A stretch of DNA of 64,000 nt from Chlamydiota bacterium (lineage in GTDB: Bacteria; Chlamydiota; Chlamydiia; Chlamydiales; SM23-39). A program made the position numbers and the translations under genes. This document shows, piece by piece, positions 1 to 8,908 of this stretch. Location: the NCBI GenBank assembly GCA_038534095.1, contig JBCAXK010000001.1:10172-74171 (forward strand), written 5' to 3'. The notes beneath the pieces are model-generated. The model was not told where the DNA came from. It did no database searches and saw only the letters and a program-made list of their open reading frames with translations. The first letter of the stretch is position 1, and every line of letters begins with the position of its first letter.

Positions 1-811
1 GCAAAGAGCCTGTTTTGGGATCAAAGTGGGCGGCAAAACAATCATATTCTGGATGAGAAAAAAGCAGCGTAAGCTCTTGATTTTCCAAATCAATGGAATA
101 AAGACTTCTAGTATTTTTCTCCTTATAAGCCATAAAGAAGAGCAAGGTTTTTCCAGAAGCGTCCTTGGAAAAATGTAGCAACCTAGGATACCAGTCGTTT
201 TCATCCAACCGGACAAGAAGGCGCCACGACTCCCCATCCCAAAGATCAATGCTTTTTTCTCCGTTAGGAGCAAAGTGGATAGAAGCTTTCGGATTTCCTT
301 CATCATCGCAAAGAGAGTCAAAACGATACTGCATATGACCGGGGACTAAAGAGAGATCCCCCGTTTTCAGATCAAGTTGATAGTGATCACGAAATTTTGG
401 ATCTTCTCGGTTCATACGAAAAAAAAGGATCTCATGATCCTGACTGAAACCTACAAACCATGCCGAAATATCTGGAAATGGGGTCAGATCCCGCTCTTTA
501 CCTTCCAAAGTCACTTCGTATAGGTGGTAATTCCGATCCCCTTTTTCATCATAAAGGTAGATGAGGGAATCGCCTTTAGGACACCAATAAAAATTCGTAA
601 TTCCTCTAGGCCTACTCGTTACACATACACCATCAACATGGACATTGTAGGCTCCTTCCACATCAGGAGCTAAATACGCAAAATGGGAACCGTTTTTGGT
701 GTATTTTGGCTTTGCAAAGTCGTTGATGAAAAAAGGATCTATTTTTTGATGGTCATCAGGAAAAGACGCCATCAAAAAAACAGGAAGGAGAATAGATAAA
801 AACACTTTCAT
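1..811 (-). CDS. S9 (prolyl oligopeptidase family) peptidase, N-terminal beta-propeller part; the gene continues past the left edge of the window
   Basis: Not in the ORF track because it is open at the window edge. I translated it by hand from the ATG at complement 811: MKVFLSILLPVFLMASFPDD... (signal-peptide-like). It continues ...NGSHFAYLAPD..., ...GDSLIYLYDEKGDRNYHLYEVTLEGKERDLTPFPD..., ...MNREDPKFRDHYQLDLKTGDLSLV.... These resemble the propeller blades of S9 acylaminoacyl/dipeptidyl peptidases. The catalytic domain would lie outside the window. Confidence 0.55.
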   Translation of the reverse strand, partial: MKVFLSILLPVFLMASFPDDHQKIDPFFINDFAKPKYTKNGSHFAYLAPDVEGAYNVHVDGVCVTSRPRGITNFYWCPKGDSLIYLYDEKGDRNYHLYEVTLEGKERDLTPFPDISAWFVGFSQDHEILFFRMNREDPKFRDHYQLDLKTGDLSLVPGHMQYRFDSLCDDEGNPKASIHFAPNGEKSIDLWDGESWRLLVRLDENDWYPRLLHFSKDASGKTLLFFMAYKEKNTRSLYSIDLENQELTLLFSHPEYDCFAAHFDPKTGSL

Positions 812-1032
812 AGGATAGAACTTCCCTCCTTCATAAGGAAAAAATTTTAATAAAAAGGTTGTCATTCTACTCTTATGTACGTAAAAATGCTACAAAAAAG
901 GTAGGTCATTAGATCCTCAAAAACCCTATCCTACTTTGGATTCTTGGCTAGAGCCGGGGAAAAGTCAGCTCGCATGAAGAACGTTGAAAAAATATAGCGC
1001 AAAATTCTGGCAAGATCACTTTGAAACAGCTT

Positions 1033-1476
1033 CTAGATAAAGTAAATCAAGCTGCTTACTTTCCTTTCTAGATTACAACTACAAGTCCACAGTTCCTTGG
1101 TGAAAAAATTGAGACAAAGCCCTGCAAGCGAGGTCATACGAACCGACACAAATACAATTTCAGATGCAATGTGTACAGGCAAAAAGGAAAGAGAGCTATA
1201 TAAAAGAGTAATAGATGTTGTGAACTCACAAATAAGGGCAATTTTAGGGTATTTGGCAAGTAGCGCGCTGAAAATAGGATGGACAAGCGCGTGCACAACG
1301 GTTGTTAAGGCAGAAAGGCCCCCTTTGATCAATACGCCCACACAAGAATAGGCAGACAGAAAAATCATCGGAACATTGCACGTCCAAGTAACGAACGTTC
1401 CTAAAGCAGCGTTTTCAAGCGTATTTTTTAGCGCGCATTGTCGGTAGTTTGGAACACAAGAGCTTGGCATAAACAC
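1033..1476 (-). CDS. hypothetical small hydrophobic/membrane protein (147 aa)
   Basis: ORF-track protein with several hydrophobic stretches (VPMIFLSAYSCVGVLIKGGLSALTTVVHALVHPIFSALL...). No recognisable motif. A competing antisense ORF exists at 1097..1351. Confidence 0.35.
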   Translation of the reverse strand: MFMPSSCVPNYRQCALKNTLENAALGTFVTWTCNVPMIFLSAYSCVGVLIKGGLSALTTVVHALVHPIFSALLAKYPKIALICEFTTSITLLYSSLSFLPVHIASEIVFVSVRMTSLAGLCLNFFTKELWTCSCNLERKVSSLIYFI

Positions 1477-1610
1477 CCTAAGAATACTATTTCTTCAAAA
1501 ATCTCGCCCATTCTATGAATGCGAATCTATTTTTTACAAGGATAGATCTTGCTTACTGATGAAAAATACTGATCCAAAATACTGTGACAAGCCCTTCGTG
1601 CTCACGATCT

Positions 1611-2297
1611 TCACGAGCTACTCTCTATCGAGCGGATTTCGAAAGGCAGATCGTAGACAACTAAGCCCTTCCCCTCAACATTTACGCTCCAATTTTTCGA
1701 GGAGGTTTTGTTGCGTAGCGACAGATTCTGTTCTAAAGAAAGTCTATTTCCTGTAAGAGGCCATGTTAGACCTGTTGAATAACAGACCATTTCTGGGAAA
1801 GGGAGAAGAGAGACATTGGTACCTACCGGGCTTTTCCCGTAAAATATTTCATTAGCAAGGGGAACGCCTACTTTGATGATCGTTCTATTTTTGTGTTGTT
1901 GCGCATCTAAAAAAGTCACTGTTCTAGGCTCTTTTTCCTGCATCACGATATAGAAGTTCCCTAAAATATGATCAAATTCTCCACCATTGACCCCCAATAC
2001 AAGAGTAGGACGTTTTCCTTGATTGTAAGTAAATTGCAAAGACTTTTGAAAGTCTGTGGTCGTTTGCTCTTCAATCAACTGGTAACGCTCTTTGCACCGG
2101 TCCATGATACAAGAATCCCCGTCTCCCACAACGTATTGGGGAGAAATGCCGATCGCTCCCAAACTATCAGCAGCTCCATCAGCAGCCACAAGAAAAGGAG
2201 CCTTTGCAAGGTGTCGTACAAAGGGATTCCAATCCAGCAAACCATCGAGAACAATGATACTTTTTGCTTGAGCAAAAAGCAGGTCAATCTCGTACAC
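1611..2297 (-). CDS. thiN: thiamine pyrophosphokinase (TPK)
   Basis: GDGDS (compare the GDFDS motif), TTDFQKSL, and LGVNGGEFDHILGN (compare GGRxDHxLxN). The C-terminal thiamine-binding-like region is STGLTWPL...LSLRNK. The length of 228 aa is typical for a TPK. Confidence 0.85.
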   Translation of the reverse strand: MYEIDLLFAQAKSIIVLDGLLDWNPFVRHLAKAPFLVAADGAADSLGAIGISPQYVVGDGDSCIMDRCKERYQLIEEQTTTDFQKSLQFTYNQGKRPTLVLGVNGGEFDHILGNFYIVMQEKEPRTVTFLDAQQHKNRTIIKVGVPLANEIFYGKSPVGTNVSLLPFPEMVCYSTGLTWPLTGNRLSLEQNLSLRNKTSSKNWSVNVEGKGLVVYDLPFEIRSIESSS

Positions 2298-2544
2298 GAT
2301 ACCTTCGAGAAAGAATCAAAAGAGTAGAAGAAAAAATAGTCATCAAGATGTTTGTGACCCAAATAGCCGTTGCATCGATCAAAATGCCGTAAATGACCCA
2401 GCTAAGAGAGCAGATGAACAAATTCCACAACATACCAGGAGATAGATCGGTAGAAGAGCGGGTTTGGTAGGTCCGGTAAATTTGGGGTAAAAGGGAGATG
2501 GTTGAAGTAACCATGGCAATAAGTCCAATGACGTTAGCAAACAC
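2284..2544 (-). CDS. SemiSWEET / PQ-loop family 3-TM transporter (86 aa)
   Basis: Three hydrophobic helices with a PQ motif in TM1 (VIGLIAMVTSTISLLPQIYRTYQTRSSTDLSPGML...WVIYGILIDA...TNILM...). Size and motif spacing match bacterial SemiSWEETs. Its stop overlaps the TPK start by 14 nt. Confidence 0.8.
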   Translation of the reverse strand: MFANVIGLIAMVTSTISLLPQIYRTYQTRSSTDLSPGMLWNLFICSLSWVIYGILIDATAIWVTNILMTIFSSTLLILSRRYRVRD

Positions 2545-2765
2545 AAAAATCCTTTATCTTGATTTTATCAAACAGACACAAAAAAGCACGAAAAATTCTT
2601 AAGGACCTTTGCAGCTTTCCCAAAAAATCGATTTTGGTGACCATATTAGTCGGCTTGTAGAAATCCCCCCTTATCCCAGTTGCGCTGTTTGGAAAACGAT
2701 GACACATTTTCTCAAATAAGAACAATTTGGGCCCTTTTGAACAAATCTAGACCCAACGCTGCGCA

Positions 2766-2802
2766 AGAGAATAAAGGTTCCCTATTTTGGAGTTTATTCT
2801 CT
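2766..2802 (-). terminator. 10-bp stem-loop about 22 nt downstream of the ATPase stop (non-canonical, no U-run)
   Basis: agagaataaa (2766-2775) pairs with tttattctct (2793-2802) around a 17-nt loop. No T-tract follows on either strand, so terminator function is uncertain. Confidence 0.3.
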
Positions 2803-2824
2803 CATGATTTCTGGGCGCCTTACT

Positions 2825-5485
2825 TTAATCCCAATGTTTCACGCGCCATTTTCCAAAAGAAAAAATTTTAGGATAAAGCCGTTTGCGGATAGACTCTAAG
2901 CAAAACATCAACGCGCCAGGCAAAAGACAAAGACCCCAATCTTGTAAAGAGAGGGGGACCGTTTGGAAAATCTTCCCTAAAAAAGGGACATAGAGCAGCA
3001 AAAACAAGAGACCAAAAGCGACCAAACCCATCAGAGCAAGAGATGGATTGGAGAAAAAGCCTAAAGCAAAAGGGGATCTTTCATCAGACCGAACGTGAAA
3101 AGCTAAGAACCATTCAAAAAGCACAATCATTGCAAAGGTGACGCTGCGCGCTTTTACAAGAGTTTCCTCGTAGAAAGAAAATAGGGCAAAAGCAGACAGG
3201 CTCATCAAAATCGATAGAAAAAGAATGCGCCAGATCATACCAGGATAGAGAAGGCCCACACGAGCATCTCTTGGAGGGTGATGAAGCTCATGACCTGTTT
3301 TCGGCTCTAGCCCCAAAGGAATCGCTATTAAGGAGCCTGTAATCAGATTGATCCACAAAATTTGTATCGGTTCTAAAGGAGCTTTTTGCCAAGCAAAAAA
3401 TACTAGGAAAATCGTTCCCACTTCTCCAAAGCACGTAGTGAGTAAAAATAGCGCAGAAGAGCGTATCCGGGTAAAAATAGAGCGTCCCTCTTCAATGCAA
3501 GCTAGAATCGTCTCAAAGGCGTCGTCTACTAAAATCAGGTCAGAGGCTTCTTTAGCGACATCGGTCCCCTCTTTCCCCATAGCAATTCCGATATCGGCTT
3601 TCTCAAGGGCTGGGGCGTCATTGACGCCATCTCCAGTCATCGCAAGAATGTGGCCGTCGCTTTTTAAAGCGCTGACAATACGCAGTTTATGCATCGGTTC
3701 AATCCGAGCGAAAATCGAGGTCTCTTCCGCTTTTTCTACAAGCTCTTTCGGAGAGAGCTTCTCAATGTCTGTTCCGATCAGAGCGCTTTGCGCTTTCAAT
3801 CCTAGAGATTGCCCAATATGCATCGCTGTTTCTGGGCTATCTCCTGTCAAAATCAAGACAGTTATACCAGCCTGCCTGCACTCATCGACCGCTTGCTTCA
3901 CCCCTTCTCGAAGGGGGTCGCTCATACCATAAAAACCGACAAAAATCGCGTCCCGAGTCAGCTCTTTTTCTCCAATCTTTTTACTATAGGTGTTCTGGGC
4001 TTTGTAAGCTCCTCCTAGAACCCGCATGCCACTTTTTGCTAACTGTTTTGCCTCTTCTAGAAGGGCGTTTTTCCTATCTGGAGAAAGCGGCTCGATACCC
4101 CTCTTACCAAGGTACTTTGTACAAAAAGAGACGATCACCTCGGGAGATCCTTTCAAAAGCACTTCTATCTCTCCGTCAAGATCGCAAAGAGTAGCCATGT
4201 AACGCCGTTCACTAGAAAAAGGCACTTCAAAAAGGCGCTTGTTTGTTTTTGGCAAAAACGGAGAAAAGAGTTCATGCAACGTTTTGATCAGGCCCACTTC
4301 TGTCGGATCCCCGAGATATTCTGCGCCCCTTTCTTGCTCTTTTTTTACTGCATTGTTGCACAAATAGGCAATGTCGATCAGCTTACGGCAAGCCCTACTT
4401 TGTAGATCAGTTTTTGTGACTTGATGGCACGCTAGCTTCTCCTCAGCTGTAATCAGATCGGTCCACTGCATCGCATTATTCGTCAACGTTCCTGTTTTAT
4501 CTGTGCAAATCACATCGGCAGAACCTAATGTTTCAACCGCTACCAGTTTCCGAATGAGCCCTTTTTTGCGAGCAATCCGGCGCACCCCTACAGCAAGGAC
4601 GGCTGTGACCGTTGCCGGCAATCCTTCTGGAATGGCAGCTACCGCGAGCGCAATCGTTAAAAGAGAAATTTCGATCCAGGTGAGCCCAAGAAAAGCGCCT
4701 AAACCAATGAAGCAAAGGGCAAAAAGCATCACAACAACCAGCATAAATTGGCTAAGCTGTTTGATGTTTCTCTGCAAAGGGCTTGGTTCTGTTTCCATTT
4801 CTTGGATACTACTTGTGATTTTTCCAAGGGCTGTATCCATCCCTGTAGCTGTGAGATAGGCCAGTCCTTTTCCAGAGGTCACTAACGTCCCTGAAAAAAC
4901 CATATTTGTTTGGCTAGCAAGGGGGGTGTTTTCTGGAAGGGCTTCCTGACTTTTTTCTACAGGGAGCGACTCCCCTGTTAAAAAAGATTCATTCATCTGT
5001 AGTTCGTAGACTTCTACTAATCTAGCATCTGCAGGCACTTTATCCCCTGCTTCTAAAAGTAAAAGATCGCCAGGTACTAGCTCTTTTGTAGGAACGGTTT
5101 CTACTTCCCCTTTTCTTCGCACTCTGGCTGAAAGCGTTGTAAGTTTTAACAAAGCAGCGACAGCATTTTCTGCCTTGGCTTCCTGAATAAATCCTACAAG
5201 CACCATGATGAGTGTTGTGAGAAAAATCACGCCCCCTTCTAAATAAGATCCTAGAAAACACTTGATCAAGCAGGCGACAAAAAGAATCCCCACCAAAGGG
5301 TTTACGCACTGCAGAAAAAAGATCTGTAACAGATGTTTTTTCTTTTTTACTTTGAGTTCATTGCTTCCAAATTTCTTTTGAAGAGCGTTCACTTTTTCTG
5401 GACTTAAGCCCTCTTTCTCAACAAAAAACTCAGCAACATTTTTGGTATGCCACATGACTTCCCCCCATTTTTTCAGTAAATGCAA
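2825..5485 (-). CDS. P-type cation-transporting ATPase (type II, Ca2+/Mg2+-ATPase-like)
   Basis: ICTDKTGTLT phosphorylation motif, TGES, MTGDGVNDAPAL, and about 10 TM segments. The ORF-track start at 5485 is a TTG. An ATG at 5455 (MWHTKNV...) preceded by GGGGGAAG is an alternative start. Confidence 0.95.
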   Translation of the reverse strand: MHLLKKWGEVMWHTKNVAEFFVEKEGLSPEKVNALQKKFGSNELKVKKKKHLLQIFFLQCVNPLVGILFVACLIKCFLGSYLEGGVIFLTTLIMVLVGFIQEAKAENAVAALLKLTTLSARVRRKGEVETVPTKELVPGDLLLLEAGDKVPADARLVEVYELQMNESFLTGESLPVEKSQEALPENTPLASQTNMVFSGTLVTSGKGLAYLTATGMDTALGKITSSIQEMETEPSPLQRNIKQLSQFMLVVVMLFALCFIGLGAFLGLTWIEISLLTIALAVAAIPEGLPATVTAVLAVGVRRIARKKGLIRKLVAVETLGSADVICTDKTGTLTNNAMQWTDLITAEEKLACHQVTKTDLQSRACRKLIDIAYLCNNAVKKEQERGAEYLGDPTEVGLIKTLHELFSPFLPKTNKRLFEVPFSSERRYMATLCDLDGEIEVLLKGSPEVIVSFCTKYLGKRGIEPLSPDRKNALLEEAKQLAKSGMRVLGGAYKAQNTYSKKIGEKELTRDAIFVGFYGMSDPLREGVKQAVDECRQAGITVLILTGDSPETAMHIGQSLGLKAQSALIGTDIEKLSPKELVEKAEETSIFARIEPMHKLRIVSALKSDGHILAMTGDGVNDAPALEKADIGIAMGKEGTDVAKEASDLILVDDAFETILACIEEGRSIFTRIRSSALFLLTTCFGEVGTIFLVFFAWQKAPLEPIQILWINLITGSLIAIPLGLEPKTGHELHHPPRDARVGLLYPGMIWRILFLSILMSLSAFALFSFYEETLVKARSVTFAMIVLFEWFLAFHVRSDERSPFALGFFSNPSLALMGLVAFGLLFLLLYVPFLGKIFQTVPLSLQDWGLCLLPGALMFCLESIRKRLYPKIFSFGKWRVKHWD

Positions 5486-5858
5486 TAGAAAAAAATTTGT
5501 CTAGAAGATCTAGAGTTTTAAATCACAAAGGAGCCTTTTTTTAGGGAGATCATCGTAAGGAACGCGCAGTAAAAAATTGTTGAGGTTACAAAATGCTCCT
5601 AGATACGCTTTCTGAAAGCGTCAAAAAAGGCCGTAAGAACTACGTCTCTAGATTGATACCAAGAGCGAAAAATAGACAAGAAGAGTATCTACGTTTATTT
5701 CGGCGCTCACTTTGATAAAGATAGATCCAAGACGATGCATTTCTCTCAATATTTCAAGCCCAAAAAGGAGCTCTTCTAACCTAGGGTGAAAAGTAGGAAT
5801 CATGCTTCAGCAAGAAACCACGCTCTAAATCCAAATCGAACGAATAGGAGCTAGAAAA

Positions 5859-5899
5859 GTGGCGCAACCCAAACCTTCAATTGGCTTGCGCCACTTTTT
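5859..5899 (-). terminator. bidirectional Rho-independent-type terminator downstream of the M48 peptidase gene
   Basis: gtggcgcaa (5859-5867) pairs with ttgcgccac (5886-5894). It is flanked by an A-run at the 5' side and a T-run (5895-5899) at the 3' side. It lies about 120 nt past the stop at 6016. Confidence 0.6.
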
Positions 5900-6015
5900 A
5901 TAGGGATTTTCGAGCAAAGATCCCTGCTTACTAACATAATCGCAAGAAACCCTTTACAAAGCGACTTTATAACTGGTCGTAAGATTTGCAATCATTAGAG
6001 AGCATCGCCATCTTT

Positions 6016-7479
6016 TTAAGCGTTAGAAACCACCGGTTTGCTACCTAAAAACTTATGAAAATCTTCACAAAACTTTAAGGCATTATCTGAACAATACGGA
6101 TGAGGCTTTGGCAGTTCTATCACAGTAGCATGCTGCCTTAAAAATTCTGGAGCGATTTTTTTTGCCCCCATAAGAAGAGCCAGCAATCGCTTCTGCGCAG
6201 GTGGATGGGTAAGGAAAAGCTCACAACGATTCAAACAGCTATCGACTTGAATATCCTCTAAAAACGCCTGAAGCCAAAGAGCTCCAAAAAGATTGCATTT
6301 TGCGTTGTGCGCCGCTAACATACCAAGTCCATCTGCTCGAAATTCCGCGTTTCTACTACGGGCCTTTTCAATAAAAAACTGAGAAAATTTTCCAAACAAT
6401 TCTAAGATTACACGTATCGCATCTTGTTGTTCTTCTTTGCTTCTAAATACCTTCCATTCTTCAGGAGTGAGCTCAAATGAGGGCTTATTTTTAATCTCTT
6501 GATAAGTAGAGTCGTTTTTTTGTAACAGATAAACTGTAAAAAAAGTAGCAACTGTTCTTAAGCACAACATTACAAAGTTCATGACAATAGTAACAATCCC
6601 ATCCCTGACAGCAATGTGTACTCCCTCATGACCGAGTAGAGCAGCTAAAACATCTTTTGATGTCACAAACAAGCCGCCTGAGGGATTAGAAAATGCTACT
6701 CGAATCACAGAATCATCGGGAAGGCGAATATCTGTATGAGTGATTGTGCCTTCTTGCAGCGCTCGCTCAATGGCATCTACCAATCTGTCACCTACACAAA
6801 TGCCACCTCCGGGTACTGCGTAAGCGTTTAGTTGCTCAGACCGATCAAGAAAGGTACGATAGTGGAATTGCGCACGCTCTTTAGGATTGAATAACTCTCG
6901 ATTGGCTGTAACGATCTCGTCTAAAATGTTCTGAAGATGGTTGCTCATCCGTTCACCATCATGCGTAGTTTTTCGAGATTGAAGCTTGTGTGAAGAAATC
7001 AGCTGCGGATAAAAAAGATTGTCTCCAAGCCATCTCTCTACGCCTCTTGATATCAGCGTAAAATGTCTTTTTCCATCTGCCGGATTGATCGGGTAAATCG
7101 TGTTGTAAAAACCGCCCATGCAATGAGAAATAGGCTCAAATAAACGGCAAGACAGTTTGTTTAACAGAGAAAACATATACACAGAAAGTCCATAAATTTT
7201 TCTCACTACAAACGAAAATCCTTCAGAAACAGAAGAAACAATGGTGGTAGCGCATAGATAGATCTGCTTGTAGCCAAGCAAAGTATACTTATAACAACCC
7301 GTTTGCCCTTCAATATACCGATCATTAGAAGGAGTGAACCAAGACCACTCATTAAAATGATGATACACCTCTTGCTGACCAGCAAGTAGGGAAGGTGTTT
7401 GTAAAGAAACATTTTGTGAGCCCATAAATACCTCAAGTAAACTAAGATATTTTACAACAAAACTTGCAATAATTTCCAT
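6016..7479 (-). CDS. M48-family zinc metalloprotease-like protein with unusual inserts
   Basis: NAYAVPGGGICVG, the zinc site HEGVH (HExxH), SRNAEFRADGLG (third-ligand Glu region), and LTHPPAQKRL. The order and wording fit peptidase M48. Hydrophobic segments follow the HExxH. Confidence 0.7.
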   Translation of the reverse strand: MEIIASFVVKYLSLLEVFMGSQNVSLQTPSLLAGQQEVYHHFNEWSWFTPSNDRYIEGQTGCYKYTLLGYKQIYLCATTIVSSVSEGFSFVVRKIYGLSVYMFSLLNKLSCRLFEPISHCMGGFYNTIYPINPADGKRHFTLISRGVERWLGDNLFYPQLISSHKLQSRKTTHDGERMSNHLQNILDEIVTANRELFNPKERAQFHYRTFLDRSEQLNAYAVPGGGICVGDRLVDAIERALQEGTITHTDIRLPDDSVIRVAFSNPSGGLFVTSKDVLAALLGHEGVHIAVRDGIVTIVMNFVMLCLRTVATFFTVYLLQKNDSTYQEIKNKPSFELTPEEWKVFRSKEEQQDAIRVILELFGKFSQFFIEKARSRNAEFRADGLGMLAAHNAKCNLFGALWLQAFLEDIQVDSCLNRCELFLTHPPAQKRLLALLMGAKKIAPEFLRQHATVIELPKPHPYCSDNALKFCEDFHKFLGSKPVVSNA

Positions 7480-7900
7480 AAAATTTTTTTTTAAATCTTT
7501 GAAGGATCAGAATATTAAAGAGAACGGAAGTCGTGCAATCATTAGGAGAAGAGCATCCCCAAAGTAACGATCTATATGAGAAAAAATACTTAAAAAAGCG
7601 GGTAAAAAATGTTTACATCGATAGTAACCGGTCTATGGAGACTCACTTAAATGACTTTCCTGAAAAAAACTTTTTACGATGTAATGCAAAACGGCAAAAG
7701 CACTTTGTTCAATCCAGGCTTTTACGCATGTACTCTCCGGATCAATACCCTGTTTGCAATGGATCAACACTTGCCACCAAAACAGGTTGCTTTCTTCTCT
7801 GAATAGACCCACTTCTTCCACTACAATAGTCTTAGAAAAGGAGAAGAAGTCTTGATTCTCTCTTGCGGTTTAAGAAAACTCTACTGTAAGATGGAGCTTT

Positions 7901-7972
7901 TCCGGGTTAGCTCAGCGGTAGAGCAGTGGACTGTTAATCCATTGGTCGCAAGTTCGAATCTTGCACCCGGAG
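7901..7972 (+). tRNA. tRNA-Asn (anticodon GUU)
   Basis: I folded the cloverleaf by hand. Acceptor stem TCCGGGT/ACCCGGA, D arm GCTC/GAGC, anticodon stem GTGGA/TCCAT with loop CT-GTT-AA, T arm GCAAG/CTTGC with loop TTCGAAT. CCA is not encoded. Confidence 0.95.
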
Positions 7973-7974
7973 AT

Positions 7975-8490
7975 TCGCTGGTTGATGTGACACTGCAAGG
8001 ATCGTTGAAAATGGTTAACGCAGTGTTACAGACACCTTTTTCCCATCCAATTTTCAGTTCGAAAAGACGAAATTTACCAGCTGCTGTTTTTCCTTTAATT
8101 TTGAACTCATAAAGATTTCCTTAGCACGTTTCTCCAAATCTAGGACCGTTTTTTCTGTAATGAAACACTTTTTATACCCGTTGATATCCTCCCTCATTTC
8201 ATTCGTAATGCTACGCTGCCGTATTTTGTACTGCCCTACTTTAGCGTGGCAGCTAGTCAGTCGATTGCACTGTCGATGTGCCTATAAATGCGTTTAGAAA
8301 GCCGCTTTTGCATTTGGTCTAACTCCTTCACGCAAGAAGTTTTGAGAATTTTTAAAAAGTTCCTGCTCTATTTGGAAAGATTTCTTTAATTAGGCAACAA
8401 TGATCTTTTTGAAGGAATGGATACCCGATGGGTATAGCTCGAACATTTTCATTACATATGGAGTAATGAATGCTTCCAAACTCCATCTCG
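7975..8490 (-). pseudogene. decayed ORF fragments of unknown family next to the tRNA-Asn 3' end
   Basis: My hand translation of the minus strand gives protein-like pieces interrupted by stops and frame changes. Examples are MDSKCIEMEFGSIHYSICNENVRAIPIGYPFLQKDHCCLIKEIFPNRAGTF*, ...MQKRLSKRIYRHIDSAID*, and ...GQYKIRQRSITNEMREDINGYKKCFITEKTVLDLEKRAKEIFMSSKLKEKQQLVNFVFSN*KLDGKKVSVTLR*. I could not recognise a family. Confidence 0.3.
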
Positions 8491-8908
8491 ATACATTTTG
8501 AATCCATCTAGAAACTTCCTATGGAAAGCAAACTTGACAATCAATTTTTACAACTTCTTAAGCGATGAATTTTATAGTTGAGAGCTCTTGAGAAAAGCCT
8601 GCCAATCAAAAGTGCGAAGTCTACTCAGTAACTGGAGACTGTTTCATGGATGTGAGATGGGGCATAAGGTTAAAAAGGACTATAAATGCTTCATGATTAT
8701 TTTCATCGGTTCTGTTTCAGCTCTCCCAAAACACCTCTCTTTCCATTTTGTTTTTTTCTCAATGCCAAGTGATAAAACTTTCCTCAAGGACCGATCCCCG
8801 TTCCTATAGTGATTTTTTAGGCATGATATCCTGATAAGGAATTTACATCTTTTTTTCAAATTTTCCATTTGTTATGGTTTCCGATCATTCAAATTTGGAG
8901 AAAGATGT

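Noticed and set aside
2545-2824. Possible TPP (THI-box) riboswitch upstream of the SemiSWEET-TPK pair
   Set aside because: I found fragments (tgagag, gaaccttta, gcagcgttggg) but not the ordered CUGAGA ... ACCUGA ... core or a P1 stem. Most of the similarity is explained by the 10-bp hairpin after the ATPase stop. A covariance-model scan (Rfam RF00059) would settle it.
3348-3932. 194-aa plus-strand ORF, plus 3809..4018 and 4503..4859
   Set aside because: These lie entirely antisense within the well-supported P-type ATPase gene. The translations are low-complexity, Ser/Arg/Ile-rich, and typical of shadow ORFs.
5648-5803. 51-aa minus-strand ORF (MIPTFHPRLEELLFGLEILREMH...) in the ATPase upstream region, and a possible Mg/cation riboswitch in the ~370-nt leader
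   Set aside because: No SD sequence precedes the ORF. I could not recognise any M-box-like conserved blocks. There is too little evidence either way.
7533-7821. 89-aa plus-strand and 62-aa minus-strand ORFs upstream of the tRNA
   Set aside because: They overlap each other, carry no motifs and use a non-ATG start. They are mentioned only as possible decay fragments in the tRNA-flank finding.
7852-8112. 86-aa plus-strand ORF
   Set aside because: It reads straight through the tRNA-Asn gene (7901-7972), so it is an artefact.
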